Positions 12,526-25,754 of a stretch of 64,000 nt of DNA are shown piece by piece (position 1 is the first letter of the stretch; each line of letters opens with the position of its first letter). The stretch spans positions 52,514,001 through 52,578,000 of the forward strand of contig OX597830.1 of NCBI GenBank assembly GCA_951406725.2, read 5' to 3'. A program made the position numbers and the translations under genes. The notes beneath the pieces are model-generated. The model was given only the letters and a program-made list of their open reading frames with translations, did not search any database and was not told the origin of the DNA. Origin of the DNA: Octopus vulgaris (lineage: Eukaryota).

Positions 12526-13793
12526 TAAGAGATGTTTTCAAAAAAGTATCCAACTTCATATTTTCCCACCAAAATTAATGCTGCATGGGCAAAATCATTT
12601 GAGCGAGAGGTGATGCTATCCTTCCTGCACATGTATGAAAGTTGTAGCACTAGTAGGCAGTATCCTTTTCCAGCTGCTATAGCTAGGGTAGACATGTAGT
12701 GCACACTCATGGGATTTTCATTTTCATACAAGGTGACTGAATGCATCAAGCAAAAACCAATAAACCCATGTCTCATCATCAGGGATAATGGTCTTCATGA
12801 AGTCTGGGTCATGGTTTGCACAGTCCAGTATGTCCTGAGGAATTTCCATGTGGAGTTGATTCTGCTGTTGCTGTTGAGCAAACGGTCTTTGTCCCAGAGC
12901 TCGCAAGATGGGAGAAGTCCGAAACATGGTCCTTTGCTATTTGTAAGACCCGCAGAAGAGAAACCAGGTCAACCCCCGACACCAAAAGCATCGACGGATG
13001 GATGAATGTGCATCCAGGCTCAGTGGTTGCATAGGAAGTCGGGTACAAAAAACAGGAAGAAAGAGTGAGAGAAAGTTGGGGCGAAAGAGTACAACAGTGG
13101 TTGCCACCACCCCCTGCCGGAGCCTCGTGGAGCTTTAGGTGTTTTCGCTCAATAAACACACACAACACCCGGTCTGGGAATCGAAACAGCGATCCTCCGA
13201 CTGCAAGTCCACTGCCCTAACCATTGGGCCATTGCGCCTCCACTGATTCTGCTGCTCCAACAGCACATTGGGGAGGAATTTCACCCAACACTGTCCCCAT
13301 GCTCAAATTCTCTGTTGAAATGCACTGATCCTGTGCTTATTCCCACTATGTGAGCTATCTCCTGGATTGTTACATGATGGTCTTCCATGACTATTTGATG
13401 AACCTTCTCAATTGGTGCTTCGTTTTGTATTGTGGATGTCCTGCCTGGCTGCACTGAGGTGTGGCCAAGTTTGAGGTGGTTGTACCACACTTTGATCTGA
13501 GCCTGTTGAATCTTCTGCATAATTTGAACTTGCGTATCACCAAGCTTTTGGCAAAACTTGATGCGCTGTTTCTGCTCCGTGCATTCACTGAAAATGAAAA
13601 TCTAAGTAGCATGCACTACATGTCTGCACTCTAAACATAATAGCCAGAAACTGGCTTGACCTACCAATATGAAAATTTTCATGCATACACAAGAGGGGTG
13701 ACATCACCTCTCATTCAAAGGATTTTGATCATGCAGCATTAGTTTTGGTGGGAAAAGATAAAGTCAGATGATAGTTTTTGAATACACCTCATA
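12526..13793 (-). mobile_element. Mariner relic with ~220-bp long inverted termini
   Basis: TA-flanked. Transposase fragments QRIKFCQKLG..QIKVWYN..GRTST..VTIQEIAHIVGISTGSVH..DPDFMKTII.DDETWVY. Ends 12526-12750 and 13570-13793 are inverted copies of each other. Confidence 0.8.
12868..13243 (-). mobile_element. tRNA-derived SINE inserted in the mariner
   Basis: A box TGGCCCAATGG and B box GTTTCGATTCC. 11-bp TSD TGATTCTGCTG at 12857-12867 and 13244-13254. Confidence 0.85.
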
Positions 13794-13899
13794 TGTGTGT
13801 GTGTGGGTGTATATGTATGCAGATAATGGATTTTTGTACATTTACTACTTATGGTCAGATTCCCTATTTTGGTAGCCAGTATGTGGTAGCACTGAAGAG

Positions 13900-14534
13900 G
13901 ATAAAGGAGGAATAAAGTACGAGTTTACATTGGAAACACATAGTTAGAGTTACCTAAAAGAATTTCTATCCATTACTCAACATTTAGGGATAGAAATAAA
14001 CGTAATAGTACCAGTCTCAGTAAATTAATTTGGGATCTAAAAGACTACAATGAACAATTTAATTTAGAATGGTTGATTCTCTCAATGTCGATACCTTATG
14101 ACAAAGGCAAGGAATTCTGTCTTCTCTGTAATTCTGAACTATTTTTCATTATTTTTTTCTAAAAATCCCCTAGTGAACATGGTTATAGAGTGTGCATACC
14201 ATGTAAACATTGGCAAAAACACACCTTTAGTGCATAAAGTAATCTCTATCTTTATATATAATTTAAACATTAATTTCCCTACTCTTTCTATAAGCTACTT
14301 CCGACGTTATATCATTTAATGTTTTTTCAAACAATATTAATAGCGTTCAGTAAATCACTAAACATATCCATCATTTTTTGCTAAAATGTCTTATTGACGA
14401 GTTTCATTTTTTTCACTTCTCTGAAGAGAAGATTACATTGTTTTATACCATTTATTCTTTTGAATAATATCAGTGAAATTTTTGAAACATGTGTCGAAAG
14501 TAAAAGTATTTGATTTATACCGCGTTAAACTCCA

Positions 14535-14545
<11 letters not shown>
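13900..14545 (+). mobile_element. Penelope-like element 3' relic: GIY-YIG endonuclease pseudogene plus pLTR ending in (TA)n
   Basis: VYIGNT*LELPKRISIHYSTFRDRNKRNSTSLSKLIWDLKDYNEQFNLEWLILSMSIPYDKGKEFCLLCNSEL..PCKHW from 13923. Confidence 0.8.
14412..14503 (+). ncRNA. Type I hammerhead ribozyme with intact core
   Basis: CTGAAGA at 14421-14427; 13-bp stem II GAAGATTACATTG/CAGTGAAATTTTT with one mismatch; GAAA at 14484-14487; stem III ACA-TG-TGT; GUC cleavage after 14495; imperfect stem I ACTTCT/GAAAGT. Confidence 0.7.
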
Positions 14546-14606
<61 letters not shown>

Positions 14607-14849
14607 TCTGCTATATCACAGGGCTGACCAAAGCCTTGTGAGTAGATTTGGTTGATGGAAACTGAAAGAAGTTTCCGGGTAATATTTTCAACCAAGGCAT
14701 TTCAATTATATCTGATTCAAGTGCTTCAACTCTGTATGTAAACATATTTACTAGATTGCTGACATTCATTAATGGCTTTGCCATTGTATTAATGTACTAT
14801 TTTCTATCATTAATAAAACCATCAGCATTTTTTTATGACATGGGTATGC

Positions 14850-14924
<75 letters not shown>

Positions 14925-15564
14925 TGTGTTGTTTCTTTTTATGTCATGCAACCTAACAGTTCAACATACTGAGATTGAAAATAAAGTAGCAAACTGAAAT
15001 AAGTGAAGGGGTTGTGTGATTGACTAAATACCTACTCTATTCAAACATCACCCAACATTACATGCAGTCCACCAAAATATATCTCTACCATGTGCAGTCA
15101 GCATTTTATGTGAGACCCTTTCAATTCAACAGCACACGACCATATAATGACCACCCAATAACTGAGCACAACCCACCTAACACCAAATCAATCAACAGAA
15201 CAGATACTCTACACAATTACCACACAATAAAAAAACACGACACCCATGCTCCGACATGACCTATACCTGACACTGTAACACCAATAACCTGCTTTCCAGA
15301 CAGCTGAAACCAATTAATACTGCACAAACCACACACCACATTTGCTACAGTAAAAGCCAGCACTAAAACATATAACACCAATTACACATTTCACAGGAAA
15401 CACAAACACCACCCTTTAAAAGAATACCAATCGCATATTGTTATATAATCAATACCTGACATTATAAGACTAACGTTTCTCACAGGTATGAGATTTTTTT
15501 TGGTGCAGTTGTTTTTGCGCTGCCTGTTTGGGGTCACTGATACAATTCTGACTTTTTTAACATG

Positions 15565-15890
15565 AGGTGAAGGTGCATGGTTTAGTGATTAGGTTATTTG
15601 GCTTTCAGCCATGAGTTCAATTCCTGGTGGCATATTCTGTCCTTGAGCAAGACACTTTATTTCACATTGCTCCAGTCCACTCAACTAGCAAAAATGAGTA
15701 GTACTCGTAATTCAAAGAGCGAGCTTTGTCGCATTATGTGTCACACTGAATCTCCCCTAAGAACTACATCAAGGGTAGTCATGTCTGTGGAGCGCTCAGC
15801 CATTTGCATGTTAATTTCACAAACAGGATGTTCAGTTGATTGGATTAACTGGAACTCTCTCATCATTATAACCAACAAGGTGCCAATTAT
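15565..15890 (+). mobile_element. tRNA-derived SINE with CORE/V-like central domain
   Basis: A/B boxes and TCCTTGAGCAAGACACTTTATTTCAC. Related copy at 61965-62295 (minus). Its 3' module is shared with 50448-50630. Confidence 0.65.
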
Positions 15891-16762
15891 TTAGCATCAA
15901 ATGTTTTAAAGTTTCTTTTGTTCTCTCCCTCCCTCCCCCTTTTCTTCTCTGTCTCCCTCCCTCCTCCTTTCTTCCTCTCTCTCTCTCTCTCTCTCCCCAT
16001 ATATCTCTATGTAGGTGAGGAAAGGCAAAGTATTTCGGCCAATCATATTCATTTAATAACTTGCAATGTCTCTCTCCCTATCATCATCATCATCGTTTAA
16101 CGTCCATTTTCCATGCTGGCATGGGTTGGACGGTTCAACCGGGGTCTGGGAAGCCAGGAGGCTGCACCAGGCTCTAGTCCGATCTGGCAGTGTTTCTACA
16201 GCTGGACGCCCTTCCTAATGCCAACCACTCCATGAGTGTAGTGGGTGCTTTTTACGTGCCCTGCACATGTGTGTGTGTATATATTTGCTTCCAGAGCCAA
16301 AACATATTGTCACCAAAATAGGCTGAATGTTCAGTCAGCTTTCAAAATGTCCAAACAACTCTGCCCAATCATCTCATTCGGATCTCACACAATTTATCTT
16401 CACGAGACTTGCTATAAATTACGCTGCACATACTCTACACAATATCCTACACAATAACGAAGGGTCCAATCATAAAATACATTGCACAACTACACAGCAG
16501 AGATGCTATACAATGATTATTGTCGAATACTAAAACACTCTACGCAGTCTAATAATAAAATGCACAGCACAAACTCTACACAATAACCATTGTCCAATAC
16601 TAAAGCACCTGGTCACACAGCACATTTTCTGCACCAGTGTTTCTTACATTTTTATTTTTTCTGATAATTCACTTCAATTTTCCAAACAACTATGTACCTC
16701 CTCCACAACACCACCACCATAAATGGACAAAGTTTCCATATAACCAGCTATGTACCCTATGT

Positions 16763-16811
<49 letters not shown>

Positions 16812-16814
<3 letters not shown>

Positions 16815-16968
16815 GAGTAAGCACATAAATGTGAAACAAGGTGGAAAAAAGAGTACTCAAATACCAAAGGTAGAGTAATATGCTTTATTTAAAAGCAGCA
16901 TAAATATAACAAAAGCTGTGAAACTCCGAGTAACAGCTTTTGTTATATTTCTGCTGCTTTTAAATAAA

Positions 16969-16969
<1 letters not shown>
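16812..16969 (-). mobile_element. Hairpin + tail element in (TA)n, with an HHR 3' half in the loop
   Basis: Arms 16883-16919 and 16933-16969; loop GAAACTCCGAGTA. The tail is the reverse complement of 6212-6283. Confidence 0.8.
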
Positions 16970-17011
<42 letters not shown>

Positions 17012-17019
17012 CACACTCA

Positions 17020-17330
17020 CTATTGAAAAGCATGATGCTATGGTTTTGTCTGAGAGAATATATTCATTGTTGAATATATGTTGAAGAAGACAAATTTCAT
17101 TTAGGATGTGGCATCCAGCTGCATGTCAGAGACAAGACTCAAGGAGGCTGAAACACATCTGACATTCTCATGCGCTGATACATATAGCTTTCAACACAAT
17201 ATGTCTACAAAGAGATTCTATCTCAGACAAAAACCACAGCAGCATATCCTTCAAATGTGTATATACATTCAGTTTGGTACACAGATGTTGATTTTTAGTT
17301 TAATGCTGTTTCAATTGCATACCAAGATGT
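17020..17330 (+). mobile_element. Old hairpin + tail element with decayed HHR
   Basis: TGAAAAGCATGATGCTATGGTTTTGTCTGAGA pairs with TCTCAGACAAAAACCACAGCAGCATATCCTTCAA. Central ATGTCA..GACTC-AAG-GAGGC-TGAAACACATC-TGACAT. Confidence 0.6.
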
Positions 17331-17334
17331 TTAT

Positions 17335-17365
<31 letters not shown>

Positions 17366-17967
17366 TGAAAATATATTTTAATTCAAACTTTATTGCAAGT
17401 TTTATTCACTTGTTGCTTGCTCATTCCTTATTTTGAAGTCCTACCCCTCTGCAAAAATATTGCAGTGCCCCCACTGGTGGGGCATGCATCCCAAATCCCA
17501 AAACCCGTCATAGGAAAACTGCAGCCCATGGGACTTTTTGAATGGCACACTTAACAAAATGTTGCTTTGAAATTCTTAGTAACGCAGCCTGCCTGATACT
17601 CTTGTTCTGCCAATCCACCTCTCAGCAAGGATTTTAAACTTAGTGATATGACCATAAAGTTAGGTTAATGGGTGCATTTATTTATATCTACCACACCAAA
17701 TGGATATATTTGATTTAATCTACCCCAGTGGATGGGTTTTCTTTATCTAATCCATCTCAGTATGCAAATGTTGTCTTTTTATTCTTTATTGGCACAATAT
17801 GATGAAATGCTTTGTAAAGCTTGCTAGGATTTGAACTCAGAGATCCAACCCATGCCAGCATGGACAATAGACGTTAAATGATTGATGATGATGAATATAA
17901 AAAGGACTAAATATTGCAAACTGTTTTGTTTGATACCTCTGTTTTGTTGATTCAATACAAATTATTC

Positions 17968-18362
17968 CACCTGGCAGAATCGTTAGCACACCGGGCGAAA
18001 TGCTTAGCAGTATTTCGTCTGTCGTTACATTCTGAGTTCAAATTCTGCCAAGGTCGATTTTGCCTTTTATCCTTTCGGAGTCAATTAAATACGTACCAGT
18101 TACGCACTGGAGTTGATATAATCGACTTAATCTGTTTGTCCTTGTTTGTCCTCTCTGTGTGTAGCCCCTTGTGGGTAGTGAAGAAATAGGTATTTCGTCT
18201 GCTGTTATGTTCTGAGTTCAAATTCTGCCGAGGTCGACTTTGCCTTTCATCCTTTTGGGGTTGATAAATTAAATACCAGTTGCATACTGGGGTCGATGTA
18301 ATCGACTTAATCTCTTTGTTTGTCCCCTCTGTGTTTAGCCCCTTGTGGGCAAGAAAGAAATA
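17968..18362 (+). mobile_element. Meta-domain-like tRNA SINE, head-to-tail dimer
   Basis: GAGTTCAAATTC B box and GGTCGACTTTGCCTTTCATCCTTTCGGGGTCGATAAA-type domain. The second unit starts at GGTATTTCGTC. Confidence 0.8.
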
Positions 18363-19147
18363 ACAAATTATTCCACATCATCTTTGTTTTGTTTGATACA
18401 GTACACATTCTTACACACTACTTACCTTTAAGTTTACATAAAAATGGTTTCAAATATCAGAGTTCTTTGTAGGGAGGGGCTTAATATATGACACATTTTA
18501 CATATTTTAACATCCTAGGAGGATGAAAACCAGAATAGTCTTCGTCTAGATTTGAACTCAAAATGCAAAGGGAGATGACTGACTACTGCAAAGCCTTTTG
18601 AACAAAGCTTTCCTAAACCTGTCTTTCTCTCTTCTTACATAAGTATAATTAGGAAAATCCTACTTAACAAATGTAAATATTGTAAAAGAATGTTTAACAA
18701 ATGTATGAAGATGTTTCAAGTTGAGTCTTGTGTTTCAAAGTTCATTGTTAATAAACAACATACACAAAAGCCCAGTTGACTTGTTGCCATCAATTCTTTA
18801 AACATGTCTTAACTGGTAACACGTTCATTTAGAATTTCGTATAATAAACCACAGAGGGCCCTGGCATGGATAACTGTCAAGACTCAGGCAATATACATAC
18901 AAAATATTAGAGTATCATCAGGTATCACAAAACTCCCTGAATGTGGAAGGTGGCTGTTTTTAATAGTGTGCATTAGACAACCCATTGTTATACACACGCA
19001 CACTTATACACATACATATACATCTCACACATACATACAGACATGCACACACCACTATGTCTACCGCTTACATAAAATTATGCTTTTGATAATATTTTAT
19101 GATTCTCTGTTTTTTTTAATTAGTGGTGGGTTCAGTGTTAAATAATA

Positions 19148-19530
19148 AGCATAGGTATGACTGTGTGGTTAAGAAGCTCACTTTGCAACTACATGGGTTT
19201 GGGTTCAGTCCCACTACATGGAACCTTGAGCAAGTGTTTTCTATTATAGCTTTGGACTGATCAATGTCTTGTGAATAAATTTAATAGATGGAAACTGTGT
19301 AGAAGCCTGTCATATATGTGTGTTTGTCACCCTCCATCACCACTTGACAACTGGTATTGATCTGTTTACATCCCCATAACTTAGTGGTTCAACAATAGAG
19401 ACTGATAGTATAAGCATTAGGCTTTAAAAAGTACTGAGATTGGTTTATTCAACTAATACTCTGTAGGACAGTGCCCCAGAATGGCCACAGTCTAGTGACT
19501 GAAACAAGTAAAAATGTAAAAGATAAAAAG
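19148..19530 (+). mobile_element. tRNA-derived SINE with central microsatellite (34240 family)
   Basis: Diverged full-length copy. Other copies at 23883-24345, 26750-27125, 51497-51930, 62650-63058 (minus) and 4745-4980 (3' half). Confidence 0.8.
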
Positions 19531-20423
19531 GTCCCTTTAGTAGATAGAGCCTCCACCAGTCAATGTTAGTCATGCCTTGGCAAACCTAGGTTATAATTTT
19601 TTAAAGGAAAATTAATAGTTTCTCATGCATGCAAGCCCCTCCTCTCCGTACTACCAATGTTTATCCAAGGGAAAGGCTACCAACATGGCCTAATACAGCT
19701 TGTTATTGCAGGAATCATTTTAAGAACACAAAGACCCAGAAGAGATACCAGAAAGTATCTGTCCTACCCTCTTATGGTTTAATCCACTACTCTAGATTGG
19801 TGTTTTTTTTATTGATCCTGAAGGGATAAAAGGAAAAGTTGATATGGCAGGATTTGAACTCAGACAATAGAGACTTGAAACAAATGCTACTAGGCATTCT
19901 ATTCAATACCCTAATAACTCAGTTAATTCATAGCCCTTCTCTAGTAGATACCATGACCAATACCTTCTTTGATCAATGAAGAATGAGAGAATTCTGTGTA
20001 ATCACTAAATTTACTAGAAATATCAACTATCATCTCTAGATTTGTCTGCATCTGTATAAAAGGCAGGATGAACAAGGCTAGTCTGTCTTCAATTACAGGT
20101 CATTTGGATTAAGGTCTGAACTGAAACTAAACAACTACAGCATCAGCACTACTAACATGAAAATTCCCTAGTGGTTTCTCAACCCCTTAGAAATGTAAAA
20201 TGCACCAACCAGTCATGGCTGTTGCCAGCCTCCTCTGGCGCCTGTGCCGGTGGGGCATATAAAAAGCACCCACGGAGTGGTTGGCATTAGGAAGGGCATC
20301 CAGCTGTAGAAACACTGCCAGATCAGACTGGAGCCCGGTGCAGCCTCCTGGCTTCCCAGACTCCAGTCCAACCCATGCTAGCATGGAAAACGGACGTTAA
20401 ACGATAATCATGATGATGATGAT

Positions 20424-20473
<50 letters not shown>

Positions 20474-20753
20474 ACATAACAAACAGCTATTCTTTTAAAG
20501 AATTTTACATATCTCCCAACCAGTTCCTAGCATTTAGACTAGAACAGTGATGTTCCTTAAGCTGGCTAATCTGTTAATGTTTCAAAGTCTTCTCAGTCTC
20601 TTCGTGAGAATGACGAGATGGTAATAATGGAGTGTTGCCTGCACACATTGCAGTCTATCACAAAAGATCATGGAAATTCTGGCGTGTAGTCTGTGTGTGT
20701 TTTGCTGTTTTGTCATGCAAGCTGTTCCCTATTTATGCAAATATCAAACTTAC

Positions 20754-20850
20754 GTGGTAGTAGTAGTGGTGGTGGTAAAGGAGGAAGAGGAGGAGGTAAG
20801 TGAAGAGGTGGTAGTGGATGATGATAAGGAGAAGGAGGAGGAAGGGGCAT
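20754..20850 (-). other. Candidate internal exon (97 nt) of a minus-strand host transcript
   Basis: Acceptor TTTCATTTTTATTTTCAG| and donor |GTAAGT. Reads MPLPPPSPYHHPLPPLHLPPPLPPLPPPLLLP, or Ser/Thr-rich in another frame. Confidence 0.5.
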
Positions 20851-21995
20851 CTGAAAATAAAAATGAAATCTTGCTTGGGAAATTGAATCAATATTTGTGA
20901 CTATTCTTGTAATAATTGTTTCTTAATGTAGGCGCAAAGCCAGAAATTTGTCAGTAAGGGGTTAATTGAATAAATCAGCTCTAGAGTTTCAACCTCAGAA
21001 GCATGAAAGGCAAAGTCAACCTTGGTGGTATATGGACTCAGAGCTTTAAAGAGCTGGAACAAGTACCACAAGGTATTTTGACAGACATTCTAATGATTCT
21101 ACCAATCTGCTACCCTAAACTGTTCTTCTAATAATAAAATATTTCCCAACCCTACCACCACCCCTCACTCTTTTCTCGTGTTTCCCACTCCTCTTACCTC
21201 TCCTCACTCTCTCACCTCTTCCTTCCACTGTCTCCACTCTTTTTATATCTGTATATTGACACAGTTTGGTCTACTGAGATGACTACAGCTCCTGATACTC
21301 TTTATATAAGGTACTTTTTATTGGGTGGGTAGGCAGGTAGGGTAGGTAGGTGGGTATGTAGGTAGTTAGGTGTGTAGGTGAGTAAGTACAAGGTTGGAGC
21401 AACCACTATATAGAAAACTCCCTTACCACATTGCAAATATCAAGACACATATACATACATATACACATTTATATATCATCATCATCATCATCATCATTTA
21501 ACGTCCGTTGTCCATGCTGGCATGGGTTGGATGGTTTACTGGGCTGGCACGCTGGAAGGCAGTGCCAGGCTCCAGTCTGATTTGGCATGGTTTTCTACAG
21601 CTGGATGCCCTTCCTAATGCCAACCACTCTGAGCGTACAATGGGTGTTTTTATGTGCCACTAGCACGACACCAGTATCTGCCATAACTGCAATTTTGCTC
21701 AGCTTGATGGGTCTTCTTCTCAAGCACAATATAATGCCAAAGGTCTTGGTCATTGCCACCATAAGCCCCAACACTTGAAAGGAACTCGGCCACTTGCCTC
21801 CATGAGGCTCAATGCTTGAAAGGAACTCACATTTCCCTGAATTGGTAGTAGAATGCATTTCACAGAATTGGTATTTATTTCATTGAACTCATAGAATATA
21901 TTTCATTGAACTGGTAGAATATATTTCACTGCATTGGTAGAAGTTTTGATTTATAGCAAAAAAAAAGTTGTTTTTTTTTTAAATTAATATGATTA

Positions 21996-22888
21996 TATGA
22001 GAAGGTACCCAAAAGAAACCAGAATTTTGCAATGCTATTTTATTCACTTAGTTTTACATGTTTACACTTTTATTACCTTCAAAATGTTCTCCATTTGAAG
22101 CAATGCATCGGTCCAGACACATTTTCTTTCCACTGTTGGAAGCAGTGCTGGAGCTCTTGCAAAGTGACGCCTTTTAACCCCTCTTTCATTTTTTTCCTTC
22201 ACCTCTTCCACATCTGCAAATTCCATAGCACCAGTTTCATCACCAGTGATGACCTTTGAAAAAAAGTCTGGATCAATTTCCAACTGTTTTTTCAGTTCAC
22301 GACACACATTCAGTCATGACTGCTTTTGATCTTCCATGAACAAGTAAGGCACAAATTTTGCTGCAACTCTTTTAATTCACAATTCCTTGCTCAAAATTCG
22401 TTGGCAGGAGTTCCAGGACACACCAGTCATATCAACAAGTTCATCAATTGTTCAGTGATGGTCCTCCAAGATCAATTCATGAATCTTCATGATGTTTTCA
22501 TTCATTCGGGAGATCAACGGTTACCCCAAACAGGTTGGTCTTCAAGTGACAAGTGGCCATTCCTAAAGCGTGAAAACCACTCATAGCAGTGTCCTTGTTA
22601 ACTGTTTGAAGCATGACAACTGTTTCAGCCAACATTTTCCCCAGCAGAAAACAAAATTTCATGGAAGCACGCCACTCCTTCATTTCACCCAGCACAAAAG
22701 TCAACGAACCAGGGAGAAACACTGCAAAACAAAAAGTACCATGTGGCAGCACAACCTCACTGGATGCCGCCAGTCAGCAGCCTGGTGCCTGAGAGTTGCA
22801 CCAAGTGGCTTCTAGTGGTGGAAGCCCGAACTACAACAGGCTTGTCCCACAGAGAATGTTTCTAGTTACTTTTGGATACCCCTTTTTA
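21996..22888 (-). mobile_element. Internally deleted mariner element
   Basis: TIRs TATGAGAAGGTACCCAAAAGAAACCAGAA and TTCTAGTTACTTTTGGATACCCCTTTTTA. Translation MKEWRASMKFCFLLGK..FFSKVITGDETG jumps directly to C-terminal FADVEEVK. Confidence 0.8.
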
Positions 22889-23333
22889 TGAATTTGTGTG
22901 TGCATGTTGGTAGAATGTGTTTAACTGAACTGGTAGAATACATTTCCCTGAGTTGGTAGAATGCATTTCATGAACTGGTATTTATTTCACTGAACTCATA
23001 CAAAGTACATAACTGATCTGGTTGAATGTATTTGCCTGAATTGGTGTAGCATCTGATAAATCACCTTGGATATTATGGTAGTGAGGATGAATTACTATGA
23101 CAAAGATATCAATGACAATGCGAACAACACAACAGCAATAATTCCTTACCACAATGTTATATTCGAGAGGGAATATATTCTAAAGTCCTTTTGTTCTGAT
23201 ATTAATCTCAGACATCAGATACAACTTATTCACCATTATTTACCGTTATTCTTTTATGCCAAACAATGAAAATTTTGTATAGTTTTATGGCTGAAATCCG
23301 AAACATAAAAGTTACATTTAATACTTTTATATA

Positions 23334-23455
<122 letters not shown>

Positions 23456-24031
23456 AATAAGCATTGTGAGTAATATTGTGTGTTTATATATATATATGTA
23501 TAATACTGAATGCTGAATATATATACACACAAATATAAATACATACATTCATCCAAGTTCTGATAATATAAAAATTGTCTTTGCTATAAATCGGAACTTC
23601 TACAATGTTTCAGTTCCATCAATATTTTCTGATTTTTCCCTTAAAAAAAATATAAAATGAATATTCAAATAACCCGGCTCACCCTCCGCCCCGCACAATG
23701 CTTGCTCCCTCTGGAGATTTCTATTGTTTTCTTTGTGTTCTTCTATGTTTCTGGTTTAATAACTGACAATTAATAGTTGTTTGTTTTCACTTGTTAATCC
23801 ATTTGTATTTGACATGAATTCAAGTCTTTGAGACTCGAGATTGGAACATTAATTAACCGAAACTATGTAAATTTTTGACAAGTAGGTGCAGGTGTGGCTG
23901 TGTGGTAAGCAGCTTGCTTCCCAACCACTTGATTCCAGATTCAGTCCTACTGTGTAGCACCTTGGACAAGTGTTTTCTGCTATAGCCTCAGGCTGACCAA
24001 AGTGGATTTGGTAGATAGAAACTGAAAGAAG

Positions 24032-24094
<63 letters not shown>

Positions 24095-24716
24095 CTCTCT
24101 ATCTATCTATCTATCTCTCTCTCTCTCTCTCTCTCTCTGTATGTGTCTGTGTTTGCCCCCAACATCAGTACTTGACATCCAGTGTTGGTGTGTTTACATC
24201 CTTGTAACTTAGCAGTTTGGCAAAATAGACTAATAGAATAAGTACGAGGCTTACAACATGAACCTTGGGGTTGAATCATTCAACTAAATAGTTCTCCTAG
24301 GCAGTACCCCAGCATGGCCACAGTCTAATGACCAAAACAAGTAAAAAAATTAAAAAATAAATGAATAAAAGATATAAGGGGTTAATCAAAATCTAAATTC
24401 TCATAATAATAAATTGTTTTTTTTTTTACCTCTTCTGAATTACATATCATTTTCGCAAGTGCCATAAAAGTACCCAGGACTCACTATGAAATAGTTGGCT
24501 TTGTGAAGAGCATTCCTTTATTGAGACTATGCCAAAGCAGACATTGAAGCCCAATGTAGCCATCCAGCTTGTCAGATACTCTCGACCCATGCCAGCAGCA
24601 TGGAAGGGTGGACATTTAAATGACAGTGATGATGATTAATAAATTTTAAACAGGAGTCCACTCTAATTGGTCAACTTCAACCAACCAGTGAACGTCTTGA
24701 TCATCAGTCGGCTTAC

Positions 24717-24928
24717 TTGGGAATAGCAACAACAATTCTTTGAATCTAGGATAATGCTCCTAGCACCAAACTTCTTCTCTTTCCCAGTTTCACTTAATGC
24801 CATCATCTTGTCCACCTCTTCCTCCTTCCTCCTATCAACACTATTATGACGATTTCTCAGATTCCCCACCCAGTCATTCTCCCCTAACGCTTACCATTCT
24901 TTGGAATTTCTTTCCTGGCCACAGTTTC
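24717..24928 (-). other. Candidate exon with two alternative donors; possible start-codon exon
   Basis: Branch point and acceptor CTAATGTTTTGCAG|; donors GTAAGC after 24895 and after 24717. ATG at 24806 gives MMALSETGKEKKFGARSIILDSKNCCCYSQ, ending in phase 0. Confidence 0.4.
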
Positions 24929-25754
24929 CTGCAAAACATTAGCCAGAATGTATGATGGTCAGAGAGCACTATAGTTGAGCTCCTCCTCCTCTCACTCAAA
25001 TTATTTTGATAATTAATAAATTAACAAACTATCACAGAGGAGCCTCTATAGATTTCCTTGTAATAACAGCCAACTTTCCCTTTGACCACACCCTACCATC
25101 TTAAAACAAATAGGAGCAACATATTTAAAAAATAGCATCCTAGGTACCATTAAAATGACAAGAAGGTCATGGATGGAACATCTTTGAGCACAAGAGTTCT
25201 TGATCAAGGCTGATCAACAACTACCAAAAACAGAAGGACACAAATGTGGTCCTGGATACACTATGTTTGAAAAAAATAAGCGGTGATGAGCATAGTTGGA
25301 ATGTCTCTGATCAAAGGTCTGCTGAGCAACAGCATAAACAACAAAGCATCAAATTTACTCTTTTTCATTCCATACCAAATTTTAACATGTTAAATGTAAA
25401 TGATTAAGGTGCTAATGAGTTAAGAGTTAATAAGCTAAATGTTAGCAAGTAATAATGACTTGTCTTAACAAGTTAGGTATTAAGGAGTTAAGTGCTAAAG
25501 TGTTAAGTGTCAACTAATTAGTGTTCATGTATTTAAAGCTGTGAACATCAAAACTTAATTAGAGATAGTTGTGTGGTGAGAGAATTACAGCTTTAGCTCA
25601 ATAGCTGTTATTGTTTTAATTATTCCAGCAAGCATGGGAGACAACTATGTACATGTTCCAGTCTTTTTAGACCTCTCCAGCAAACCATAGAAATTGTCAC
25701 ACTTGCTGGATTAATAATGAGAGAACCACTAAATAAATACATATATAATGTTTG

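Noticed and set aside
13170-13243. tRNA gene (also at ~11800 and ~50760)
   Set aside because: The A and B boxes belong to SINE heads that have bodies, tails and TSDs.
15450-15495. Recursive splice site or HHR at TTTCTCACAG|GTATGA
   Set aside because: Weak pyrimidine tract, lies in a small hairpin of a probable repeat, and no complete HHR core.
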